Assembly (NCBI RefSeq): GCF_059817305.1
Contig: NZ_CM187540.1
Length of the DNA: 32,000 nucleotides
Reading direction: 5' to 3' (one strand)
This document shows, piece after piece, positions 9,516 to 17,302 of this stretch (within the stretch, counting starts at the first letter, position 1; each line of letters starts with the position of its first letter). The notes beneath the pieces were generated by a model. That model had not been told where the DNA came from, did no database searches, and worked only from the letters and a program-made list of their open reading frames with translations. The translations under genes and the position numbers were made by a program.

Positions 9516-11213
9516 TTACGCAGAAGTACGCATCACACCAATAGTATTAAATTCGTTTTTCACACTGAGCAAACGGGGGTCATGAAGCAAAACATTTGAC
9601 CATAAATCATTCTCTTTAATTAATTGTTGCCAGCGCTTTTCATATTCTTTTTTACCATACACAGTGTAAATTAACGGCAAAATAACACCATTGATTTTGT
9701 TGGTGCTAATATTTGCCAGTAACTTCATAATGTCATTTTTTATAGATGCGCCATAGATCAGAAACTTCGTATAAAGCGAGTTAACACAGGTGTAATCAAG
9801 ACCATGTTCAGGCTCAAGTTTAAGCAATAAACTTTTGGCTTTATCATTATGTCCTTTCAGTGCCATGAACATAGCCAGAATAGAGGTAATAATTGGATTG
9901 TTACAGGTGTTTTGACTGTTAAGATTTAATGCAAAAGATATCGCGTTATCGAGGGGGGATGTGTAATAAAGTATAATTAATTTAAGAATGCTTATACCCA
10001 TTTTATTGGGTTCAAGAGCAATGCTTTTTTCTATTAGATTAAATGCTCTTGCAAGGTCACCGTTCAAAAAACATAGCAGAGACTGATAATAATAAACGTC
10101 TGGCGAATTAGGTTTGAGTAAATGTGCTTGCTTAAATAGCACATTAGACACTGAATGTTCATCTTTTAGCCCACTGATTAAACCCAGTAAACCCAATGCC
10201 TGAGAATTTGAAGGGTTAATTTCAAGAGCCTTTTCAATGGAGGTTACTGCCGTAGTTATTGCTTGTTTTTGTTCACTGAGTCCAAGGAGGGCTAATGATA
10301 TATGGCATTCCGCCAGGCAACAGTAGGGCAAGGTATTTTGCGGTTGCGTACTTACACAATCTCTAAATATTACTAATGCTCGTTTCAAACTCTCTGGTGT
10401 ATAACGGTACATTTCCATTCTGCCATTCATATACATAACAGCAGAATCCAGAGATGGCATTTGTTGTGTATTAATAGATTTAAAATTAATGTTGGGTATT
10501 TTTTCAATAAGAATATTAATTACTTGTGATAATAATACGGAAAGAGGATTATCGGGATTGAAATCAATGCTTTGATGATCAATCAATTTATGTGTTCTGG
10601 CATGAATTAACTCAATAAATAAACGCCAGTTTTTACCATAGTGAACGACCTGACCCATAATATAATATTCTGGACCTGTTTTATTGATAAACTGATGGAT
10701 AGTGGAGAAATCACTGGCCTCATTTGTTACCGAAGCGGGTAAAATATCTAAACCACAAAAAGCATATTTTGAAAGGCCCTGGACAAGTTCGTAATGGAGT
10801 TTTAGAACATTGATCGAACCTTCGGTACGAAAGGGAAAAACGGCAAGAGTGGTGGTCGACTTTACCGGTTCATTATCGGTCACAATCACAATAGGTACAG
10901 TAAAACGGTATCCACGACCATAGACCGTTTCGATATACTTACACTGTTTATTCTCATGCAAAAGTTTGCGCAATGCATAAATACATCGTGTTAGAGATTC
11001 ATCACTGGCAACACTCGCGCTCCAGACCTTATCGATAATCTCTTCTTTGCTAACAATTTCACCGTCAGCATTAAGTAATAGAATGATAACGCCAAGTTCT
11101 TTCGGTGGAATATGATATTCTTTGTTTTTGAATAATAATATTCCATTGTTTTTTAATACAAAGTCGCCAAATATATATTGTTGTGTAGTATTTTTTCCAT
11201 GTTGCAGTTGCAT
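9516..11213 (-). CDS. eilA: HilA-like transcriptional regulator (OmpR-type winged helix N-terminus, TPR-like C-terminal part)
   Basis: 565 aa. N-terminus YIFGDFVLKNNGILLFKNKEYHIPPKELGVIILLLNADGEIVSKEEIIDKVW...DESLTRCIYALRKLL...YIETVYGRGYRF is a classic Trans_reg_C domain. Downstream A.ALEINPSNSQALGLLG... / KPNSPDVYYYQSLLCFLNGD.. are TPR-like. SD AAGGAG lies before the ATG at 11213. Adjacent to eip-type genes. Confidence 0.85.
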   Translation of the reverse strand: MQLQHGKNTTQQYIFGDFVLKNNGILLFKNKEYHIPPKELGVIILLLNADGEIVSKEEIIDKVWSASVASDESLTRCIYALRKLLHENKQCKYIETVYGRGYRFTVPIVIVTDNEPVKSTTTLAVFPFRTEGSINVLKLHYELVQGLSKYAFCGLDILPASVTNEASDFSTIHQFINKTGPEYYIMGQVVHYGKNWRLFIELIHARTHKLIDHQSIDFNPDNPLSVLLSQVINILIEKIPNINFKSINTQQMPSLDSAVMYMNGRMEMYRYTPESLKRALVIFRDCVSTQPQNTLPYCCLAECHISLALLGLSEQKQAITTAVTSIEKALEINPSNSQALGLLGLISGLKDEHSVSNVLFKQAHLLKPNSPDVYYYQSLLCFLNGDLARAFNLIEKSIALEPNKMGISILKLIILYYTSPLDNAISFALNLNSQNTCNNPIITSILAMFMALKGHNDKAKSLLLKLEPEHGLDYTCVNSLYTKFLIYGASIKNDIMKLLANISTNKINGVILPLIYTVYGKKEYEKRWQQLIKENDLWSNVLLHDPRLLSVKNEFNTIGVMRTSA

Positions 11214-11361
11214 AGAACGCTCCTTCCGTTTTCTCTATTCATAGTATTAATTTGATCAATATAAAATAAAGTATTGGCAGAATTGCTCTATCAAAAAACG
11301 CTCATTTTGTAAGATTGTGATGAGGAAATGAATGAAAGGTGATGCTTAATAATATAAAGCG

Positions 11362-11384
11362 CTGGTCCCATTTTTCGGGACCAG
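11362..11384 (-). terminator. Putative terminator hairpin at the end of the eip operon
   Basis: Inverted repeat CTGGTCCC-atttttc-GGGACCAG about 30 nt beyond the eipD stop (11416). The downstream T-tract on the minus strand is weak. Confidence 0.45.
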
Positions 11385-11415
11385 ATAGTGGATGATAATT
11401 GTGGGTGTTACTTAA

Positions 11416-12765
11416 TCAGAAACGTAAATAATCCTTCGCTGAATCAAACAATGCAGTAATGGTTGACGATAATAATTTGATAATCGTATCGTAGGTGGAG
11501 TTGGCTGTACTGTATTTAGTCGTGATAACCTGCACGTCGGTTTTCATGTTTTCTGCCTGGCCGTTATAACCCGCCAGCCATGCCTGGTATTCAGCCGTGC
11601 TTATTTCGTAGCCGGTGAATTCTTTAGATATATTTTTTTCCTTCCCTTTATCGTCCCTGTGTACCATTGAGTCTGAAGACTGACTCATACTGTCAATAAT
11701 CTGAGGGTTGGGAATAATAACATACAGACCGCTACCTTGCGGTTCAACTTCGACAATCGGAGAAGGTGTGCGGTGTTTGGGATCGGGTGGAATTACCGGA
11801 AGATCTAAAGCGGCGCACCATTTTTCTGCTTCTTCCAGTGGAACACCAATTTTGTCAGCTGGTGCCGGAGGGTATAAAACATAGTCTGGATTGTAATGAT
11901 AGTGGAAATCACCATTAGGATATTTATCGATATAATAAAAATGCATCAAGGCCTTTTGAAATGCATTGACATCAAAAACTATCGCATCGCCTTTTTTATT
12001 AGAGTGAGTCCACTTTCCCATATTGCTTTGGATATGTTCACTGAAGTCCTGCCAGTATGCGCTCATTATCTCAACGCTATTTGCATAGATTTCGAGGTAG
12101 TCGCTACCGAGCACACTCATCAAATCAGCAATATCACTGCATATATATTTATCACTTTTAAATTCGCTTGAACTACTGGCAGTTAAAGTACTGCTGGTTT
12201 CTGAACTTCTCACTTCAGGTGCAGAACTCTCTAAAGAAGCGATAGCGTGAGTTAAGGTTCCTTTGGTCGTTGCCATTGCAATTGACCCGGTTGTGTTGTC
12301 AGCAACGTTAGCCAGGGTTTTTCTCACAGAGTTATGCAGGGTCAATATTTTAGCGGGATCCTTTAACTTTCCGTCAATAGTATTAACATTTTCTGTAAGC
12401 TGCAGAACGTTTTTTATCAGCAAATAACTTTCGTGTAAGAGCGCGGATCCTTTCTCTGACAGGTTCTCAGTTGGAAAATTTCTGAGCATGTTTTTAACGA
12501 AGTTAAGTTGTATGTCGTGCTGGCATTTCCAGTCTTCATTTCGCGGGCTACATTCACTGACTAAAGTTGATAGTTTCTCAACATCTTTCTTGAGCATAGC
12601 GCCAATATTATTATCCTTACTGGCGCTGTTATGAAAATTACCCTCGCTTTCGCTGTTTCCCAGTTGATGAGGCTCCTCACTTTGCGAGGATGCCTCTTTG
12701 AGAGGAATGTTTGCATTCTGCTGACGTAGAATATCTATATTTAAATTATTATCTTTATTAATCAT
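11416..12765 (-). CDS. eipD: Type III secretion needle-tip / translocator protein, SipD/IpaD-like (EipD)
   Basis: 449 aa. The C-terminus ...STYDTIIKLLSSTITALFDSAKDYLRF* resembles the conserved IpaD/SipD C-terminal helix. Position is last in a sicA-sipB-sipC-sipD-like order. SD AAGGAGG precedes the ATG. Confidence 0.82.
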   Translation of the reverse strand: MINKDNNLNIDILRQQNANIPLKEASSQSEEPHQLGNSESEGNFHNSASKDNNIGAMLKKDVEKLSTLVSECSPRNEDWKCQHDIQLNFVKNMLRNFPTENLSEKGSALLHESYLLIKNVLQLTENVNTIDGKLKDPAKILTLHNSVRKTLANVADNTTGSIAMATTKGTLTHAIASLESSAPEVRSSETSSTLTASSSSEFKSDKYICSDIADLMSVLGSDYLEIYANSVEIMSAYWQDFSEHIQSNMGKWTHSNKKGDAIVFDVNAFQKALMHFYYIDKYPNGDFHYHYNPDYVLYPPAPADKIGVPLEEAEKWCAALDLPVIPPDPKHRTPSPIVEVEPQGSGLYVIIPNPQIIDSMSQSSDSMVHRDDKGKEKNISKEFTGYEISTAEYQAWLAGYNGQAENMKTDVQVITTKYSTANSTYDTIIKLLSSTITALFDSAKDYLRF

Positions 12766-12808
12766 GAGTCATTCCTCCTTAAATATAATTAACTATTATT
12801 GCAATTAT

Positions 12809-13960
12809 TTATGAGCGAATGCCTTGAACGATAGCGCTATCAGTATCAATAATGGTTTGTATTATTTGTTGTAATAAATTAAGTGCCTGATCTCTTCCTT
12901 GAACATCACGACTAATTTGATCCAGATAGCTACTCATAACTGAATGCATAACATTTTTAGCCTGTTCAACAATGTCTTTTTCTGCATGAGTAGTGCTTTC
13001 TAGATATCTAGATGTTGCTCGAATTGATTCATTGCTAAGCTGTGAAAGTACATCTGCTTTACCTATAGTAAAATATTTATTATACCTATTGTTATGTTTT
13101 GTGCTAATTTTCTCGTTTGTATCTCTAATCTTTTCTAGAGTAGCTTCTTTTTCTTTATCATATGATTTCAGCGCCTCTTCTTTTTCTTTTTCATTAAGAT
13201 TCGTATCTTTCGTTGTATTTTTTATTTTTTCATCTATTTGTTTGAGAGAAGCTTGTTGCTCTATAACTTCCCTTTTTGACGCGCGCTGTGCATTATCATC
13301 AGTTCTTTCGATAGTATGCTCTTGGTCAGGTGTAAGGGTTACCATCTTTTTGGGATGGCTTCTGTAATTTGCTACGGCAGATGCCGAGGCCCCGACTGCG
13401 CCAACTCCTGACCCGATAATAACACCTATCGAACTTGCTGCTGTGGCGCGTTCGGTTTCTTTTCTCTGATACTGGACAAGTTGTTCAAAAACATTGCTCA
13501 TAATAGCCTCAGACATAGCTGAGGCTTTATACATTGATGTGAATACCCTTAAAAATTCCTCCATAACAGCTTGTTGTCGCATGGTCAAATTATCTAGCAT
13601 ATCAAGGATATTAAATTTAGATATTTTAATAGTGGTCTGCTCTGTAGAACTGCTTGATTGACTGGATGTAATTGTAGGTTTGTTAAGGTCACCCCTCAAA
13701 TTATCTAGCGTATTCCTTGAATAATTAAGATTATCCAATAGTTTTACTCTTAGTTCCGGACAGACTTCTCTGTCTGTATTTTTTAATATTATAAACTGAG
13801 AGCTTATGTCATGCTTAATATCTTTAAGGTTATAGTATTGCACAATTTTATTATCATTTGGTATGTTGTTTTCTTTACTATAATCTCTATCAAAGATTGT
13901 TTTATCGAGATTGTTAATATTATGTGTGCTGGTCGCATTTTTAATTTCATAGGTGGCCAT
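12809..13960 (-). CDS. eipC: Type III secretion translocator protein, SipC/IpaC-like (EipC)
   Basis: 383 aa. Hydrophobic stretch ATAASSIGVIIGSGVGAVGASASAVANY followed by a charged coiled-coil-like region. Located between SipB-like and SipD-like genes. Confidence 0.78.
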   Translation of the reverse strand: MATYEIKNATSTHNINNLDKTIFDRDYSKENNIPNDNKIVQYYNLKDIKHDISSQFIILKNTDREVCPELRVKLLDNLNYSRNTLDNLRGDLNKPTITSSQSSSSTEQTTIKISKFNILDMLDNLTMRQQAVMEEFLRVFTSMYKASAMSEAIMSNVFEQLVQYQRKETERATAASSIGVIIGSGVGAVGASASAVANYRSHPKKMVTLTPDQEHTIERTDDNAQRASKREVIEQQASLKQIDEKIKNTTKDTNLNEKEKEEALKSYDKEKEATLEKIRDTNEKISTKHNNRYNKYFTIGKADVLSQLSNESIRATSRYLESTTHAEKDIVEQAKNVMHSVMSSYLDQISRDVQGRDQALNLLQQIIQTIIDTDSAIVQGIRS

Positions 13961-13972
13961 GTTAGAACCCTC

Positions 13973-15754
13973 TTATACGATAGAATGGGAAGCAAATTTT
14001 AAGGTTTCAGTTCGGTGTTGTAATACTCTTACCATCTGACTTACCTCTTGTTCGACGGTTTTATCCACCCTTTGCAATACTGAAAGCATTTGTTCACGCG
14101 TTTTTGATAGATTACTCATGTCCTGTTGTAAAATTGCCATGTCGGCAGAGTTTTCAGCAACACAATAATTCATTATCGATGTTGCTGTTTCACAGATAGC
14201 TAAGCCTATTTTCTCCAGAGCATTACTTATCTTGGCAATCAACTTCAAAACTACGACTGATGTTTGTATCATGCTGCATACTCTGTTTAATACCTTTATA
14301 ATATTTTTTGAAACGGATTTAATAATAGATTCAATGGTTGATTTTATAGTGCTTGTTATTTCTTTGGTGACTTCTTCTGCGGCTGTTTTTGATAATGCAG
14401 AAACAACGGCCCCTATTGCTACAGAACATATTACAGCTGCACCAATCATTACTGTCGCCATGACAATAGAAGCGGCTGCACTTGCGTAAATACTTTTAAC
14501 CAGTTCAATCGTATCTTGATCGACACCAATAACGTCCAGAAGCGCGGTGATTGCGAGCAGAGTGGGATCAACTGTTTTAATAGCAGCCGAAAGACCTTCT
14601 ACAACTTTCCCTAAAATCCAGCCGGTAGCCGTGGTGCCCAGAGCGATTTGACAAGTGATATCTACACCTAATACTACTGCGCCCGCTATTCCTCCAATAA
14701 GTGCCAATGCACCCGCAATACTTGAACCACCACTTGGAACTGCAGCAAGAAGACCAACAACAATTAAGATTGCGCTCATGGCAATGGTAGCTACAGTTAC
14801 ACACTCATTAACGATTTTTACAACTTTTGTCCATTTAGTATATTTACGCGCTGTTTCATTGAGTTTATTTTCCCTGACATGGTTAATCTCTTTCATTACC
14901 TCAGACTGATTTTTAATAGATTCGCAATTGGTATCACCAATAACTTCCATTACTGAGGTAATCAAAAGGATAAATGTGGCTGTCGCGTTTCTGTTTTTCT
15001 GGTTTTCCTGGGTCAGGCAAATATTGGTGGTAAAGTTATTAATCTGTTCTTGCTGTTGAATTTCGTCAAAAATTTCCATACTTTGGCCGATCGCAGCATC
15101 AGCATCCATAATGGCTGTATTTAACGATTTCTCAGCTAACGATTTTTTTTGTAATGATAGCGTGAGTGTTTTCTCAGCCGCATTTTTTTGCGTCAGCACT
15201 TTATTATATTGCGGATCGCCAGGTTGCAGTTGCGACAGCTCTTGATTCAATGCATTGACTTTTTTCTCCAGCGATTGCACCTTTTTATCGACCGCATTGT
15301 AATTATTATTGGCCTGATGCATGATGTCGTCGGCTTTTTGCGCGGAATCTAATGACGAGGAGTAAGCGTCACTTAATTCACGAAACTTATTATGTGCCAT
15401 TTCGTGTCGAAGCAGGGTGCTGTCAAGGTTATTATGCAATCGTGTTGTAATATCCTGATCGGCAATGCCTGTTAGATTACCCAAAATCATCGTCAGGCGG
15501 GCATCGTTCGTCTTTGCTGTAGTGGCGTTGTCTGAATCTAAAACCTGCATTTCAGGCGGAGCAAGCATCGGTTTGTTTTCAAGACGAGCGCGAATATCAT
15601 TATCAAGGGATTTCGGGTTTTTATTAAGCCGCATGGGATCAACTTGCGTTTTGCTGCTGTCCTGCAGTCTTTTTTCCGCATCGCTATACTGTGTGCGCAA
15701 TGTTTCGCTGATTTGTTCAAACGTGATCGTTTGTCCCGTAATCGGTGCCGACAT
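13973..15754 (-). CDS. eipB: Type III secretion translocator / pore-forming protein, SipB/IpaB-like (EipB)
   Basis: 593 aa. N-terminal coiled-coil (YNAVDKKVQSLEKKVNALNQELSQLQPGDPQYNKVLTQKNAAEKTLTLSLQKKSLAEK), two strongly hydrophobic segments (WTKVVKIVNECVTVATIAMSAILIVVGLLAAVPSGG..IAGALALIGGIAGAVVLGVD; ASAAASIVMATVMIGAAVICSVAIGAVVSAL), SD AGGAGG before the ATG. Confidence 0.87.
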   Translation of the reverse strand: MSAPITGQTITFEQISETLRTQYSDAEKRLQDSSKTQVDPMRLNKNPKSLDNDIRARLENKPMLAPPEMQVLDSDNATTAKTNDARLTMILGNLTGIADQDITTRLHNNLDSTLLRHEMAHNKFRELSDAYSSSLDSAQKADDIMHQANNNYNAVDKKVQSLEKKVNALNQELSQLQPGDPQYNKVLTQKNAAEKTLTLSLQKKSLAEKSLNTAIMDADAAIGQSMEIFDEIQQQEQINNFTTNICLTQENQKNRNATATFILLITSVMEVIGDTNCESIKNQSEVMKEINHVRENKLNETARKYTKWTKVVKIVNECVTVATIAMSAILIVVGLLAAVPSGGSSIAGALALIGGIAGAVVLGVDITCQIALGTTATGWILGKVVEGLSAAIKTVDPTLLAITALLDVIGVDQDTIELVKSIYASAAASIVMATVMIGAAVICSVAIGAVVSALSKTAAEEVTKEITSTIKSTIESIIKSVSKNIIKVLNRVCSMIQTSVVVLKLIAKISNALEKIGLAICETATSIMNYCVAENSADMAILQQDMSNLSKTREQMLSVLQRVDKTVEQEVSQMVRVLQHRTETLKFASHSIV

Positions 15755-15886
15755 AATTCACCTCCTTTTTAAGCTATCATCGGGTGTAATTAATTCTTTT
15801 TTATTTAACTCATGGCAGATGTTTATTCCCATCTAAAATGGCATCAACGGGAAAGTAAGCAATGTGTTTATTGTTATTCTTCTCAT

Positions 15887-15991
15887 TTATTTTATCGCTA
15901 TGGTTATTTTTAAATCAACCGGGGCTTTCTCATGATATTTCCTGGTTAACTCTTCAGGCGTAAAAGAAGAGTTTTTTCCGTTTATGTTCAT
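15887..15991 (-). CDS. Small ORF (0 frame, 34 aa: MNINGKNSSFTPEELTRKYHEKAPVDLKITIAIK) between chaperone and EipB genes; possibly the 5' part of a frameshifted or decayed small gene
   Basis: ATG lies 9 nt after the eicA stop (TGA 16003..16001), an operon-like spacing. Near the 3' end, the in-register heptamer T TTA AAA (15914..15908) leads into a 32-codon -1-frame continuation ending at TGA 15812..15810. Confidence 0.4.
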   Translation of the reverse strand: MNINGKNSSFTPEELTRKYHEKAPVDLKITIAIK

Positions 15992-16000
15992 TTTGCCGAC

Positions 16001-16498
16001 TCACTCTGTTTGAACTTCCTCTTCGGTATTGGCTGTCAAGAGTTCAAGATAAGCAGTAGCCATCTCTTTAATTTTTTCATTTTGGCTGTAGGTTACGACT
16101 GTATTAAATAACTCCGTGGCCATTTTAGTGTTTTTTAAGCCCATCTGGCACTGGCCCATGTAATAAACCAAAGAGAAATCGTTATCGGGAGATAGCATTA
16201 AACAGATATGATACATGTCGAATGCCTTTTGATAATCTTTCTTCAACTGACAGACGGCGGCATATCCTTTTAAATAGTTATAATTTTGGAAATCATAAAT
16301 ACAGAGAAATTTAAAAAAGAGTTCAGCTTCGTCAAGTCTTCCTTTTTCATAAAAGTTATAAGCGTAAGCATAAACGCCTTCAAGTGTATCCGGAGTAATG
16401 CCATGCAGCTCTGCAAGTGTTGCTCCCATACCTAGTGCACGTTCGAACTTACTGGCAATTTCTTTATTTTCTTCTAAATCCAGATTTGCGCTTTCCAT
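16001..16498 (-). CDS. eicA: Type III secretion chaperone of class II translocators, SicA/IpgC-like (EicA)
   Basis: 165 aa. TPR-type chaperone signature: LEGVYAYAYNFYEKGRLDEAELFFKFLCIYDFQNYNYLKGYAAVCQLKKDYQKAFDMYHICLMLSPDNDFSLVYYMGQCQMGLKNTKMATELFNTVV. It lies upstream of the SipB-like gene. Confidence 0.88.
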   Translation of the reverse strand: MESANLDLEENKEIASKFERALGMGATLAELHGITPDTLEGVYAYAYNFYEKGRLDEAELFFKFLCIYDFQNYNYLKGYAAVCQLKKDYQKAFDMYHICLMLSPDNDFSLVYYMGQCQMGLKNTKMATELFNTVVTYSQNEKIKEMATAYLELLTANTEEEVQTE

Positions 16499-16799
16499 CT
16501 CTACTCTCTCCTTTCGAACATTCTTTGTGCAGACTTCACCATTTTTTAGAGGGTGGTGATATCAAAATTCGCTCATTTTTATGCCCATCCGTTGGGCTTC
16601 CTTTTCTTCATTAAAAACAAGTATTGTTTCAATGAGATAAGATTTTCTATGTGATGAAATGAAAACAATGTAGAGGGAAATTCCTCCACAATCCTGATGA
16701 ACGGGTGCAATTTTGATTGGAATTTGAAAAAGCAGGTGATTTACTGATGTGCGAGCGTACGTCAGCGGCTGCTGGCCTGAGCGCGGAGGTGTGCGAAAT

Positions 16800-17093
16800 T
16801 CACATATCCGGGCATTCCACCTTACCCAGCGCTTCCCAGTAGTTATTCTGATTATTACGCTCCATCGCCACAATAGCTTCGCGGATATGTTGTTTGTTAT
16901 TCTCATCAGACAACATTAATTTTTCCCACGCTTCGTCTGATAATGACGCCTGTGGCGTGCAAATTTTACGTAAATCTTGCAATACCGTGGTCTTTTCTTT
17001 TGCCGACTGTAGAGAACTGAATGGCGATTCGGCCTGAGAAATGGCTGAAAAAGTCAGGAATACGGTAATCATGAGTAGCATCGTTGGCTTCAT
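16800..17093 (-). CDS. yicS: YicS-like small putative periplasmic protein
   Basis: 97 aa from the internal ATG at 17093 (MKPTMLLMITVFLTFSAISQAESPFSSLQ...). Signal peptide with cleavage motif SQA-ES. Recognised as the E. coli yicS product adjacent to nlpA. The provided ORF starts 23 codons further upstream. Confidence 0.85.
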   Translation of the reverse strand: MKPTMLLMITVFLTFSAISQAESPFSSLQSAKEKTTVLQDLRKICTPQASLSDEAWEKLMLSDENNKQHIREAIVAMERNNQNNYWEALGKVECPDM

Positions 17094-17302
17094 AGCTGCA
17101 ACCTTCTGCAAATGTGCATCGAATGAAGCATAAGTGTAGTTTGCTTTTGCCGCTCTCATCATGCTGTACGAAAGGTGTTTGCGTGGTCAGTAAGAAGTGC
17201 CAGTTTTATATACCTTTTTCTTCTATTCGATAGCTTTTCGTTTTTTAAATCGTAGTGATCTTGCCATTATAGTCAGTTAACGATTAAAAAAAGGATAAAA
17301 AA

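Noticed and set aside
12993-13367. Plus-strand ORFs inside the eip genes (12993..13367, 14655..14909, 15465..15836) and others antisense to backbone genes (e.g. 23988..24455, 30852..31448)
   Set aside because: They lie entirely or mostly antisense to well-supported coding regions, with atypical amino-acid composition and no homology I recognise.
1-16498. The whole accessory locus as a previously undescribed system
   Set aside because: Gene order and protein types match the eip/eilA/air (eaeX) locus already described in E. coli. Only sub-features such as the frameshifted small ORF, the repeat structure and the EipD insert seem potentially new.
16562-16906. The 114-aa minus-strand ORF downstream of and overlapping yicS
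   Set aside because: It overlaps the yicS coding sequence out of frame, crosses the probable backbone/accessory junction, and shows no recognisable motif or good SD.
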